DNA of 64,000 nucleotides from Phoronis australis (Eukaryota; Animalia; Phoronida): contig NMRA01000004.1 of NCBI GenBank assembly GCA_002633005.1, positions 377,846-441,845 of the forward strand, given 5' to 3'. This document shows positions 53,001-64,000 of this stretch, piece after piece (the first letter of the stretch is position 1; each line of letters opens with the position of its first letter). Position numbers and translations under genes: made by a program. The notes beneath the pieces are model-generated. The model saw only the letters and a program-made list of their open reading frames with translations, was not told the origin of the DNA and did not search any database.

Positions 53001-56000
53001 TGCAAAATGGAAAGGCATGGTCCTTGTCTCCTCAATAGGCTAGGGGCAAAATGTGAGTAATCTTCATAATACAAGCACATCCTATACACCAGTTGCTTAA
53101 AGCACCACAGAAACATAGAATTAAAAACAAATTTACCAACATACGAGATTAGCACNTTAAAAAGGCACTTAAAGTACTGGGTAACAACAGGTCTCATATG
53201 AAATGCTAAGTTAAAGCACCTAAATGCAGAGCATTCGGACACCGACGATGAAAAGTGAATAAATGCTTTCGTCACAATGTAGATAATACAGCTTTCTATA
53301 ACCTTATGTTGAACAGTCAGACCAGGCAACAAGTCAAGTACTGATCTAGTCAAATTAAAATACATCATGAGCAAATCATTTCAGAAAATACTCAGTTCTC
53401 ACCTCAATCCCCAAAATGAAGGAAAGAATGAAAGTGACCACCAACGGAATCAAATCAATTTCTGTAAAGAAAAAATGGATGTTACAAACATAATGACAGA
53501 CATTACGGACAAAATAGCAGATATCACGGACATAATGGTACATATACGAGGTAGTGAAGATTGTCAAATTCTGAATATTAAAGTGATGACAATACACAAT
53601 CACAGAGGAAGATAATGTTGCAGGGTCCTTAGAAATATTCAAAAGAATGGATTTTTATGTATTAATAAAACCAAGGCTTTTCTGAAACGATTACAAAGAA
53701 AACAAAAGGCTGCCATACTGACTTTTTTACGGAGAGCAAAAATTGATGTATGCGTATCTCAGAGCGTATTTGAGCTACGAGTCTTCCAATCAACAATCCA
53801 GAAAGCCTGCCATGCATGTCTACATGGTTAGCCGGCAGTCAATATTGGATAGACGCTATCTGTTAACTCATACCCAATGATAAAATGAACATGTGGAAGC
53901 TGAAAACATTAACAAGAGCAACACAAATCTTAGAAATGCACCCACGAATGCACCAAGCCATTTATCAGTATCATAAAAATAGCAACTAGAGATGAAGAAT
54001 ATGTCGAACCTTTCTGAATGTGGGAAGGCATTGTTCTCTTTCGAATATAAAAAACTAAATTGCCACCTGGGCACGCCAATTTTCAAAATCATCCTTTGAG
54101 CGACTGGGCAGAGAAAGGGTGGATGCAACAATAACAAAAATGGCCTTTGAGTAGAGCAGAATACATCGAATACGTCCTAAAATAGTAAGGCTTTGTAGTT
54201 TTTGTGAAAAGCCATTAAGGGACTTTGAAGATACAGAGGCAAATGTAAAATATTAAATTGCCATAGGAGGATACAGACATAGTCATGTTCGTCTGAAAAT
54301 CACCACCATCACCAAAGGAACACATCTGTCAACTTTTCTGAAGATCTTTAAGGGCTTTGGAAATACAGAAATGGACGCCAGAAGCCAGACAGATGACGGC
54401 AATATAAGTATTTGAGTATATAATAAAACAAAGTGATCTCTAAAGATTGCATATCTACGCCAACAAGCAGTTCAGCTAGGAAGACCGTAATTACACTGTC
54501 CTTTGTGTACACTTATCACACTTTTTGACAAAAAAGGTTAAATGGGAAAGAGAGAGACTCTCAATTCTGTGTCACTATTAACTAAATCATCTTGTACTCA
54601 CTTTTGACCTTCCACAACTTGACCAGGATCATGATATCCACCATTTGTAGAACAGCGGCAATGATGACGCCAGCAAGAGCTGCATCAGGAATGTACTGGA
54701 AATATGGTGTCAGCAAGAGCAGGGCGAGGATGACGAGAGCACCTGTGACTATGCCACCGCCAGGAGTCTTTACACCACTCTGTGAGTTGACAGCCGTCCT
54801 GTCATGGAGAATGTGTTCAAAATTAGCAAATAATTTACAACAGGACTCTTTACTTTCTGGTTTAACATTGATCGGATGTATATCAAATACATCTATCATC
54901 ACAACAGACTAATTGTCGAGTAAGTTTAATCGTAAATAAAACTTTCGGTTGCAAAAATACCCCTTTAATGAATTTCCTTTTTGCTATTATGGTCATTGTC
55001 AACAGGCATACGACAATGGTCATCACCACAAACATTAGTACTGTCAAAAGGAACACCAAAACTCGGATTCACCGTCATCGTTATCATCACCCAAGTTACT
55101 GTCATCATTATCACTACAACTGGCATGGTTTCTAGATGTTTCTAAAGAAATAGCCAATAAAGCAAAGTGGTACACCCCCATCCCCGAGATAAAGGAAAGC
55201 AATTGGGCATCTGTTTACTAAAGCAACAATGAACACAATTTACGTCAAAGAGAGTTACTTTTTGGCAAGAACTGACAGATTGTTACTGCTAGAGATGGTG
55301 CTTGGTGCATCACACACCATGACCAGTCAACTTTGTGCACATAATCTCAAACAATAGTCCACTGTTAGTTCTTTCCAAGCCTAGAAATCACCCCTAATTT
55401 GAGTAAGGAAATTTCCGGAACAATTATATAACTGTAAGTTGTCTAAAATCAAAGGTTAATTTTTCAACAGAAGGCAGGTTTATCGTGACTAGTTAAAATT
55501 GTGTCCCCAATACGAGTTACTTTAGAACAACTTGCCATAGAAAAACTTTCCCCAGTTCTGCAGGGCATCCACTCTACATACCCTACACCAAGCAACAAAT
55601 ATGGCGCAAAAATGATTAGACACACCTATATATGTAACTGAGCAAGTGCAAAGATGGTAATTACTTCCACCTTGTCTGCCAGGATGTGTCCCCACTACGA
55701 CTTGTGCTTGGGCAAGTTGCCCAAGAAAAAGTCACCCTATTTCGATAACATTTAGTTAAGTTGTCACACGTGTATTGCCCAAGTACAAAATTGAATCCAC
55801 ACTACTTCTAAACCTAGCGGCAACCCGTTCCAGGAGTAACATCTTTTAGCGTAACTTGTAATGTGCACAGCACTTTCGACCACTGAATTCCACACCACTG
55901 GATAAAACTCAAAACGGAAGAAATATGACTTTATTGTTTTTCCTTGAAAAAATAGTGTTTGGTGAATGTCGACCTCTGAGTACAGATCACCTACCTGGAG

Positions 56001-59000
56001 AAACTCCCCGTCACTGGATACGAACCAACAAAGGAACTGAGCATGTTGGCAGCACCGATGGCGATGAGCTCTTGGCTGGCATCAATACGGTAATTGTTGA
56101 CTCTAGCTGTAACACAACCCCCACATGGTATGAACGTGTTGGTCGAGTGCATAAAAAGCTCAACTGTATCTAGTCATCAAGATGAACCAGAACAAAGCGC
56201 CACAAAAATGAATGAAAGTTCCGAACATCATCATAAGCTAGTTTCAGCTAACTTTTCTGAGAAAACTTGACCACAACAATTTCCAAACTTTGATTTTCTC
56301 TGCATGAACAAAAGTCTGCCATAAACCTTGCTATTACCATCAATATGTCTTATTTACCTAAATAAAATACCACCCAGAATACACTTTGGTAGTGTAAAAA
56401 TGAATTCCCACAATTAACTAACACAAAAAAACATTTAGTTACAAATACCAAAGTCGAAATGAAGAAGGTGAATAGAAATACAGCAAAATTTTAAAAATTC
56501 AGCTTATGATATAATGCCACACTACCTGCAATCACTCTAATTTCTAAGAGCAACACAACAGAAATAAGTATAATATCAGAAGGCAAAACAAAAAAGAAGT
56601 TAGAAAAAAATAAACAACGTAGATAAACTAAATATAGAAAAACCAAGGAAGGTGAAGGCCAGAATGTTTGGCTTCTACAAAGAATTTTACTGACAACTGT
56701 ATAATCTTAAAACAATAAGTGTTATTGAACTATGTCAGTGGCAAATGGCACAAGCGATTGATGACTCACCGAAAGCCGAGCCAATGGCAATAGTTTCCAG
56801 CAGACCAATCAATGGGATTATGGCGAAACCAGCACCAATATCCTGAAAGAGCAAAGATGGACATACAAAAACAAAACTGGTGAAAAACTATTTGCATTAA
56901 CTAGCCGGGATGTTTCTGGCTATACGACCTTAGCAGGACAAGTTAAAAAGGTATGCAAACGAGGACTAAAAACTTTTCAAGTTTTGTTAAGGGAAGTTAC
57001 TACAGATTTGCTTGTACCTGAAAACAAGTTTTAATTTATGACTGACATTTGAATCATCTTCTCAGGAAACCAATTGACAAATTTTTTGTGATTCAGGGTG
57101 CCACAAAGAAACAACCAATTTTCTTTGACACAGTAGATTTTTATCACAAAACAGTGTCACAAACTAACATGTCAGTGCTGGCTCTAAACAAAGCTTCTGG
57201 TAATTTCTGTAATTCAGGTATCTCTCGAGTAGTTTTAATTTCTGCAACTGCGAAACCCTCTAGACACATGATCCAACCAAAAGGTGCAAAATGCTGTACT
57301 GGAGATTTAGTTGATTTCAAAAAAGTTTCCAACTCAATGGATCAATGTTGGCATCAATGGTGACACTTAACAGACACTGTACTTACACTGAAAACCTGCC
57401 CCACGTCCCTGGTCACATTTGATGCATTGATGGAGAATTCTGGAGCCTTGAAAGGTGGAAGACCTGGGTCAATCCTCCCAGTCAATGTGAAGGGGTCGAT
57501 ATCTATCGCCAGGAGACCAGCAGCAACACCCGACGCAGCGATAACAACAATGGCGTTACGTGCTACAAAAAGCCATTTTATAGATTTAGCTGTAAACCAC
57601 TAGATGTTTATTCAGCACTGCTTGATCAATGCTTGACATAGCTATGCAAAAGAATCCATTCACAAGTTCTCAAGTCAGAAAATAGTACAAAAAAATCTTT
57701 CAGAGAGCAATAACACAGACCTAAACATGTCAAAGGATCTTTTTGCATGACATCAGAGGCCGCAGAGTGCAGGACCGACATTGCCAGAAAATGTAAAAAG
57801 AATTTACATCGTCGAGTGAGGCCTACCCATTTCCAAACCAATGGAGTTAAAATTATTCAGTTTAGAACACGAAATGGTGGAAAAATGAAACCTGGCTTTG
57901 TCAAGTTTTCAAGACCAGTAAACACTAAGAATGTTTTACTTGGCCACATGGACTGCAACCCACAGCTATCATTAATTGATATGTGGTAAAAAGTTAGAAT
58001 ACATGCCACGGCGGTGTAGTAACCCTCCGGAAACAGAAAAATGACAATTCTTGCATTTAATTTTGTCTCTCAGCTAAGGATTTTTACAGTCATTCAAATA
58101 TTTAGATATTTTTATCAATGTTAATAACACAAAAGATAGGGCAATAATTCAACATTTGAATGAATTAACTAGGAAAATTTGGCATGTGCAAGTTTGGGTA
58201 CACAGTTGACAAGTTTAACATACCAGGTGGAATTTCATACCAAACTAATTCAACAATTGCCTAATTTATGGCTTTGCAGACTTTCTCTTTATACTGGTCT
58301 TGATGATATTTGTAAATGTACAAAGAATTTAGTAAGAGACAAACAAAATTATGCTCAAACCCAATTTTTAATTCACTGCAATTATTCACACGTTTTACCT
58401 GTGCCCACCAACCAAACTATCTTTCTCGCTACCCTTTTGGCCATCGTGGGATTTTCATCCTCCTTGGAATATCTATCGGTTAGGTCTTTGATTTTCTGTA
58501 ACCACAACAGTAGTGTAGTCAAGAAGACAGCCACACAGACAATAACACTGCTTTCATCACATTCAGTCACTTCTTACACAGAGAACAACCAGCAACTTAT
58601 TTCCATGCTATCATTACTTTTCGTGTTTACATTTGAATAACTACAGTATACATTATGTTTCTTCAAATCCTATGACTGCTTTTCCACACTGTGGACAAGA
58701 TTAAAATCAGTGCTAGCGAATTCACGTGGTATCTAATAAGAAGGCAGATCTGATCCGTCGCCTCAAAACAATTTCAAATGGGAATGCACCATTGCCTTCT
58801 GTTCACCCTCTCCCAAATCAGGCGGCTGATCACAGAGAGAAGCCTACATTCCAATCACATAACTTACAGTTAGGTTCTATTTACCCACGTTGAGTGCACA
58901 TGATTGGCCAGAACATATATAGAATTTCCCACCCCAATGTTATGCTAATTGCTCATGAGAAGGCTGAGAAGGAAGTCTTTGTGAGCACTTGTTTTAAGCA

Positions 59001-62000
59001 GCTAGCGTGCTTTCTTATCCAAATGTCCCATCTACCTTCTCATAAAAATTTGACATAAGTCCAAATGCCTGAATGCAAAGGGTTTGTTGAGGTATTTACA
59101 GATTTACTTACTTACCTTTAAAATAACAAGTAGGGCTATACAGACAAGGCCCATAGTCAGGTCCCAAACACTGCAAGTCAAAAGTAAAATAGTAACCATG
59201 ACAGTGAAAAGACAAAGTTCTGTTAAAAGAAATTTGGAAGATCAAGTTAATTTTTTTTTGATTTCACAGTGAAAGTAAAAACTAAAATACAGTCTACAAA
59301 TAACTAGGTCTCACAGATCAACTGTTTGATGTGTGCCCATGGCTATGGTGGCAAATGAATTTACTTCACAAAATAAATGGAACAATTGTGAACCAAATGT
59401 ATTAAATCTAAAAATATTGCAAGTAACTTAAAGTTTGGAAGTTAACACAAACTTTGAAACGAATTTCGGGGGAATTGTTGTCCGACTTTAACAGTCGCAG
59501 TGGTGACTTCCTGATAACTTAGGATTTTTCTCAGGTAGCCAAACACAACATGAGGATGCGACCTACAGGGCACCAAATCGAGCCCAGAATGAATATTAGA
59601 TAAACTGTTTCACCTCACTATAATGTAACCACAAAATACATCTGAAGAGTAATTTTTGATAACACATTGAAACAAATCATTGTATAAGATTATGATTATG
59701 CACAACCCTGAAAATACCTTAACTTCAGAACATCGTATTTCAGACATGGCCGTTTTGATTCCTATGAAACTAAACATACTACGCTTTATACACAGTACTC
59801 CAAAAGGCTGACAGGGATTGCTTTTAAAATGTTCCATTTTTTCATGAGAGGCTATCAAAATAAGATTTTTATGATTTTCATGAAAAAAGTAAAAAAAATG
59901 GATAAACGAAAACGAAATGATATTTTTGAGATTTTATCGTACACATAATACAGAATGAAATTTAGTTTTAGTTAATTTAATGATACTTCTGTCTTGCAAT
60001 TAAGTTAATGTAGTTTTATTGCTAAATTTTACTAAGACATGGTGACGAGACTCGATCAGTAGCAGATTGACAGACAGTCAAAACTCAAATTCTATAGGCT
60101 TTCAGCTATCGCAGAAAACATATGCTGAGGTAAAATCTACTGTTTGTAGATACTTGGATAAATTTACAGACATAACTGTGATGGAAAGCTAAGGAAAATT
60201 TGATGGAAAATAATGTTGAAACTGAGTATAGACTTACTTTGTTTCTGGAATTCGGTGGAACGTTTCGTACACCTGCTCCAGAAACTCTCTTGGGATGTTT
60301 TTCAAACCCAACACTTTCTGTAAAGAGAAAGAAAATTACTATACCCAAAACTCCAACATTACAAATATTGATCTAAGTCTTTGTTTTCAGAGATTTGTCA
60401 CAGAATCCAAAGAGGAATAAAAGATAATTAGAATGATTATAATAAAAAATACAAGTATCACAAATCAGCTTGGCTGGTTTAATGAAAACTACAAAAATAC
60501 TCTTACCCTGACTTGACCAAATGCAATCACAATTGCCGCAGCTGAAGTGAAACCATTAATCACAGGATATGCGATAAAGTTGACCAAAAACCCTGAAATA
60601 AGGATACAAGTCAGTCGCATCAAACAACATCCATGTGTCATTATAGCTAAATGTTAACCAAATCACTACTGCCAGCTTTCATTCTAGAACAGGACAAGCG
60701 CAAATTTCTTGTTACTTGACAGAAACCATCATTTGAAACATAAAAGCAATCATTTTATTACTTCATTGTATTATATTACTGTTTTTGTTGTTGAGGGCCC
60801 TCTTGGAAAGCAGTGCTATCACTGAAGAGGACACCCTCATTTTAAGTATCACAATAAATAAATAAATAAATCAGAACGATTATAAGCTATTTGATCAGTA
60901 CTTATATATACATTCATTAACTAATTATAGTAACTCATATTAGTTCTACAGTGCGTTGAAAGCTGAACCATGATTTACAAATGGTAATCAGCAGCTAACA
61001 GTACAAGTATTAGAATAAAATTACACAAGGCCTAGCTATAGACATAATTTTCAACACATGACAAAAGGCTCGTATGTATCACAAAATTAAATCGAAAGTT
61101 GACTAACCAATTCCTTCAGAAGTCCACATAACCTGCACTGTCCTGAACTTACCTAAGTGAAAGACGCCTAGTAAAAACTGCACAATTCCGCAAGCGAGTG
61201 TTAATATAATGGCATAGGTGGCGTCGCCTGGGATGGGGGAATGTGCGAAGTCTGCTGTCATCAGCGACATGATGGCAGTTGGTCCCAGAGTGATGTCCTT
61301 GGAAGTTCCCAGGAGGCAGTAGACGAAACAACCCATGAATGCAGAGTACAAACCATACTGGAAAAATTGAACAGGAAAATTCAGGACAAAAGATCATACC
61401 GCTTGACTATGCTCGTCACGCAAGGCAAACAAAACTGAGCTTGAGTACACACTGCTTAAAAATGGCTTTTTAAATTAAGCGTAAACCAAGTTTAATGCAT
61501 TCATTTAGAGATTAGCAAAGATTTTTTCAAGCTAGAAACCATAAATTATGGATTTGAAACAAAATGAAAGCTGCACATCACATAATACTCCGTACTTTCA
61601 AAAAGACAACTGTTTTGACCTACCATTAGCCACCATTTATTTGTTTGCCATTTAAAGAGATACTCAATTATGTTCCAAAGAAAATTTAGTCAAGTGTTCA
61701 CCTATAACAATTTAGGCTGAAATTTAACTATACGATGCTGGAAATAGAAATTAAAAATGACCATTTACAAATTTAAATAAATCACATGACACCCAGTACA
61801 GATCATCCATCTTCACTCCACCTTAGCCACGACTTGAACCACAATAACATTTTAAGCCCACCAAGCAGTGACAATTACATGTCAAGCCCATTAGAATGGC
61901 AAGTTTACCTGTGGAGGTAGCTCAGCTATCTGGGCATAGGCCAGACCCTGAGGTATAACTGTTAGTCCTACAGTCAGACCGGCCACTATGTCGCCTACTA

Positions 62001-63430
62001 ACCAGCTGGGTCTGAAAACAATATGATTGAACTATACTAAGACATGAACAGAATCTCCTCCAGTGAGAATTAAAATTTATTGACTAAAGCTGCACTTCCA
62101 AGCAAATACAGTAGAAACAAATTTTGGATTTGATCACATTTGCCAGAAGATACCAGGAGCTTCCAAAAGTACGTCCATATTTACAAAATATCGTGTGTCT
62201 TTTAATTATGTTGCTAGGTCAGTTACTGTATCTATGTTCAGGTGAGAGTAGAGTTTTGTTCAGAAAGTATGAACGCATCGAAATAAAGACCGTGAATAAT
62301 GAAAAGTGTCGTGCATTTAACAAATTCTGTTTAACAGAAAACTTGCTCCCGAAGTACACTCATATTTATAAGAACATACATTTTGGGATGCAATTAGATA
62401 AAGAGTGACAGACACAAAAAACAATAGTGTTAATATGGTAAAATAAACACTGAAAGCAAAACATATTAGATAATCTGCTAGTGTTAGTGTTTATTCCCAG
62501 GTGAAAGCACATTTTCTGCAATCATATTCTATTTCTAGGGTTTGGTAGTCCTCGCCAATATGTTCAAACAGTAACACCTACCTGTATTTAGGAAGCCAAA
62601 GGGTGATGGGCAACTTCTTACGCATGTTCTGCAATGTACATGCCTTGCGCGCGTACCCCTTGATTCTGTCGCCCACTGACATCTTTTTGCTCTCTGTGTC
62701 CACAGGGGGCTCTGTAAATCTCACCTCACCATTCTGTTCAACACCTCCACTGAAACGAGTAAGGTTTGTGTTAGCTGAAAAAGTCCTCACAACAACAGCG
62801 GAGACTCATCTGGTATGTGTGTGCGTGTGCGTGCTTCTGCGCCCAGAGCACTAAAATGGAGGTATTGGAAAGAATTTGGTGATCCTAAAATAAAGTTAAG
62901 CAATGATTCTCTAAATACAATTTTGGTAGAAATACCTAACCCATTAGATTCCCATGGTAGATACTGATAAAATGCAATTACATTCCATTTTTGGTAGAAA
63001 ATGCTCAAAAACAGTCAAGTCCCCATAACTGCAAGTACCTTCTGGTTGTATTGACTTGGGCTCCTATATTACTAACAAGAGATATCAGCAACAAAGAGTG
63101 ATCCCAAACATTCAAACAGTGATGCTGCAGATAACATTAACTTCAGTAATGTTTTAGTTAGCTAACTGTTGTCCAACTTTTGGACTCCCCACTTTGAAGT
63201 TTAAATTTCGGAACCTTACGTTCTGAATCCAGGATCGGCCCTGCTACTGACCCGAGGTCAATCAATATCACTGTGACTTGACTATTTCATAAAGCCTGAT
63301 CCGTTTGTTTATCTATGACAAAATCACAGGTGGACTATGACAAGTGCAAAGAGTCAGTGTAACAGAAGAAAAGGACCACCAACACAAAAATTTCATACCT
63401 GGAAGAAACAGGTTTGGGTAGCACCTCCAT
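34862..63430 (-). CDS. SLC26A11: SLC26/SulP family anion transporter, SLC26A11-like (sodium-independent sulfate transporter); span of the spliced CDS
   Basis: Hand-spliced exons give [82 protein letters not shown] and a STAS domain (CVIDCAYLTALDYTSVQG). All junctions are GT-AG with matching phases. Summed CDS is 2001 nt (isoform A) or 1983 nt (isoform B). Subfamily assignment rests on recalled similarity to human SLC26A11. Confidence 0.9.
36488..36977. mobile_element. TTAA-flanked MITE; a related left end occurs at 17563
   Basis: TTAA|AGCTGCATT...AATGCAGCT|TTAA. Confidence 0.75.
37527..37623. mobile_element. 97-nt fold-back mini-MITE; older copy at 25932-26017
   Basis: Near-perfect inverted arms of about 37 bp (AGTCAGATATAATGTGCCCACATTTTGAGAACCAGTT). 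Confidence 0.75.
38027..38881. mobile_element. TTAA-flanked non-autonomous DNA element (Kolobok-type termini)
   Basis: TTAA|AGCTGCTATGA...TCATAGCAACT|TTAA; the interior at about 38150-38685 is homologous to two segments inside the LTR element. Confidence 0.75.
42148..42510 (+). pseudogene. THAP zinc-finger relic interrupted by a MITE
   Basis: MKRCVCGNCGNNN...FKFPK...RKWHRFV|RRTRVW...TL*LAHFKESCF shows the C2CH, FP and W residues of THAP, with TGA at the third Cys position. Confidence 0.8.
42258..42407. mobile_element. GC-rich MITE; related inverted copy at about 23636-23766
   Basis: TIR CATGGGCGGCGCA / TGTGCCACCCATG; two internal AGCCCCCACTTTTT-type units; tttgt/attgt flanks. Confidence 0.75.
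44270..44950 (+). pseudogene. hAT transposase relic (ZMYM1/PRKRIR-like family)
   Basis: Frameshifted pieces QAYDGASNMSG, HCSSYCLNMVI, FFLNSPKR and DLSKTGWSKRH match hAT DDE, CxxH and TRW motifs. A GC-rich element end lies at about 44057. Confidence 0.85.
46561..46620. repeat. 20-bp tandem repeat, 3 copies
   Basis: TGACATCACTGAGCACAGCA units. Confidence 0.85.
46890..47320. repeat. Degenerate tandem repeat, unit about 58 bp
   Basis: Recurring CAGAGTTCACATAC.TGGAC.TTCATGCATG..GGACAA..TTTTGTCAAC. Confidence 0.6.
47698..47946 (-). CDS. SLC26A11: STAS end and isoform-A terminal exon PGVMEVLVADD...NETHIRL*; internal donor after 47859 for isoform B
   Basis: tttccag acceptor; frame open to TGA at 47698-47700; internal TAT G|gtgagg donor. 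Confidence 0.88.
   Translation of the reverse strand, partial: PGVMEVLVADDIKKLRCANSVDEAIQMIYGEANCTELLNNAPPAPCGASLVTQANGQGDETVSPMLASVNSDLPVNETHIRL
48361..48494 (-). CDS. SLC26A11: STAS exon EGERMSCVIDCAYLTALDYTSVQGISQL...LANVT
   Basis: STAS core; tcttcag acceptor and gtaagt donor. Confidence 0.96.
49018..49120 (-). CDS. SLC26A11: STAS exon VSDTGVIIIKLDQGLRFPGIDYLKQKVLDKSWTP
   Basis: GL.FP motif; ctcttatctag acceptor and gtaggt donor. Confidence 0.95.
51890..51961 (-). CDS. SLC26A11: Exon YGIMVGIGVSLLILLFPYARPNIT
   Basis: Last TM helix plus the ARP motif; ttacag acceptor and gtaagt donor. Confidence 0.96.
52419..52477 (-). CDS. SLC26A11: Exon KIDLIPLVVTFILSFILGIE, copy A (only one copy can be used in frame)
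   Basis: Same splice sites and peptide as copy B, with one synonymous GGT/GGG difference. Confidence 0.7.
53403..53461 (-). CDS. SLC26A11: Exon KIDLIPLVVTFILSFILGIE, copy B
   Basis: tttacag acceptor and gtgaga donor; phase 1 to 0; lies within a tandem duplication. Confidence 0.85.
54602..54798 (-). CDS. SLC26A11: Exon [12 protein letters not shown]...YIPDAALAGVIIAAV...LWKVK
   Basis: Conserved TM motifs; gacag acceptor and gtgagt donor. Confidence 0.97.
55995..56106 (-). CDS. SLC26A11: Exon [18 protein letters not shown]...YPVTGSFSR
   Basis: Conserved QELIA.G and GSFSR motifs; ttacag acceptor and gtaggt donor. Confidence 0.97.
56770..56842 (-). CDS. SLC26A11: Exon DIGAGFAIIPLIGLLETIAIGSAF
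   Basis: Conserved LLE.IAI motif; tttcag acceptor and gtgagt donor. Confidence 0.96.
57387..57562 (-). CDS. SLC26A11: Exon ARNAIVVIAASG...PGLPPFKAPEFS...QVFS
   Basis: ARNA and GLPPF motifs; tttgtag acceptor and gtaagt donor. Confidence 0.96.
58399..58495 (-). CDS. SLC26A11: Exon KIKDLTDRYS...RKIVWLVGT
   Basis: ttacag acceptor and gtaaaa donor; phases fit. Confidence 0.92.
59116..59170 (-). CDS. SLC26A11: Exon VWDLTMGLVCIALLVILK
   Basis: ttgcag acceptor and gtaagt donor; encodes a TM helix; phases fit. Confidence 0.93.
60238..60317 (-). CDS. SLC26A11: Exon KVLGLKNIPREFLEQVYETFHRIPET
   Basis: tttacag acceptor and gtaagt donor; phases fit; resembles the SLC26A11 LLGLQNIPR region. Confidence 0.93.
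60507..60592 (-). CDS. SLC26A11: Exon GFLVNFIAYPVINGFTSAAAIVIAFGQVR
   Basis: Conserved GFTSAAAI motif; tttcag acceptor and gtaaga donor. Confidence 0.97.
60770..60871 (+). mobile_element. LINE (L2/Crack-like) 3' end fragment
   Basis: GAGGG..CCTCTT...AAGAGG..CCCTC stem-loop followed by an (AAAT)n tail. Confidence 0.5.
61153..61357 (-). CDS. SLC26A11: Exon YGLYSAFMGCFVY...GPTAIMSLM...LGVFHL
   Basis: Sulfate transporter signature; ttccag acceptor and gtaagt donor. Confidence 0.97.
61909..62011 (-). CDS. SLC26A11: Exon [34 protein letters not shown]
   Basis: SLC26 signature region; ttttcag acceptor and gtaaac donor. Confidence 0.97.
62582..62749 (-). CDS. SLC26A11: Exon GGVEQNGEV...KKLPITLWLPKY
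   Basis: ctaac branch-like site and tttcag acceptor; AG|gtaggt donor; contains the conserved SLC26 LP...WLPKY motif. Confidence 0.9.
62791..62850 (-). CDS. SLC26A11: Candidate optional 60-nt exon (S)ALGAEARTRTHIPDESPLL(F)
   Basis: ttttag acceptor, TT|gtgagg donor, symmetric phase 2-2, open frame. It lies only 41 nt from the next acceptor. Confidence 0.45.
63399..63430 (-). CDS. SLC26A11: First coding segment MEVLPKPVSS; the whole exon including 5'UTR is 63399-63550
   Basis: Long pyrimidine tract and CAG acceptor before 63550. In-frame TAG lies upstream of ATG 63430. Donor AG|gtatga is phase 2, matching both downstream acceptors. Confidence 0.7.
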
Positions 63431-64000
63431 AAGCCGTAATGAGGGCTAATATCACGAGGTGAACTTTGGCAAGGAGATAGCCAAGTTAAACAAACGGTCC
63501 CTATTGCCCAACAACACACACCCACAGTCTCACAAGAAGGTGGCCCCAGACTGAATGATGGAGAAGAAAAAAACGCCCGAGATAAAGAGTCTCGTGCACT
63601 GATTGTGTCCAGGAACCAGAATGATAAAACACAGTCATCCTCTTTATCCCTAGGAAAAATATCAGCAGACACTACAGAGAATGTGAAAATAAAAATGCAG
63701 AAGTTAACGTATGCATTTATCACTTGGCCAACTTAATAAGGTAATAAGTTTGAAATATTTGGAAATGCATGCAAAAACTAGAACAAGAAATAAACACAAA
63801 GCACAATTCTCCAATTTAGTTTTAACAATATTATTGTCTTGCAAAAAGAATCAGAATTTTGTTTTGCTAAATACTTCCATTCTCCCACTGTGACAGGAGG
63901 TTAAGTCAATTTGCTTGGACTATAAATAACATCTTGACATTCAGAGAGCAGATAGCCATCTTGCTTTCTCTGTTTACTTTCCCTACAACAAGGCATGTTG

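Larger units (their letters stand above)
52173..53880. repeat. Tandem segmental duplication of about 723 bp (52173-52895 and 53157-53880) containing a coding exon
   Basis: Near-identical blocks at an offset of 984-985; a single n at 53156 sits at the start of the second copy. Confidence 0.95.

Noticed and set aside
63313-63723. 136-aa minus-strand ORF as the SLC26 N-terminus
   Set aside because: It reads through splice sites and leaves the exon in phase 1, whereas the downstream acceptors need phase 2, which ATG 63430 provides.
1-64000. Most entries in the six-frame ORF track as standalone genes
   Set aside because: They are short, often start at non-ATG codons and lack recognisable motifs. 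The DNA is spliced eukaryotic sequence; only ORFs overlapping SLC26 exons or transposon relics are meaningful.

Overview
AT-rich, intron-containing eukaryotic DNA with one 124-nt N gap. The repeat families and gene style suggest a marine invertebrate deuterostome such as a hemichordate (inference only). The right half holds one minus-strand SLC26A11-like anion transporter gene. I traced 17-18 coding exons by hand from ATG 63430; all junctions are GT-AG and phase-consistent, giving about 660-666 aa (680-686 aa with an optional exon). The gene shows several candidate isoform switches: two alternative C-termini about 13 kb apart, a 60-nt N-terminal cassette carrying a dileucine motif, candidate cassette or micro-exons before the STAS domain, and a tandemly duplicated exon that may be an assembly artefact. 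The left half has no convincing protein-coding gene, only a weakly supported spliced minus-strand non-coding transcript. Mobile DNA is abundant: a deleted Gypsy-type LTR element sharing an internal module with a TTAA-flanked DNA element, a Kolobok-like element with THAP and KolX-like relics, a hAT transposase relic, many MITEs, and a putative tyrosine-recombinase (Crypton-like) element with a junction-complementary internal site and an embedded tRNA-like module. All homology calls come from recalled motifs; no database searches were run.
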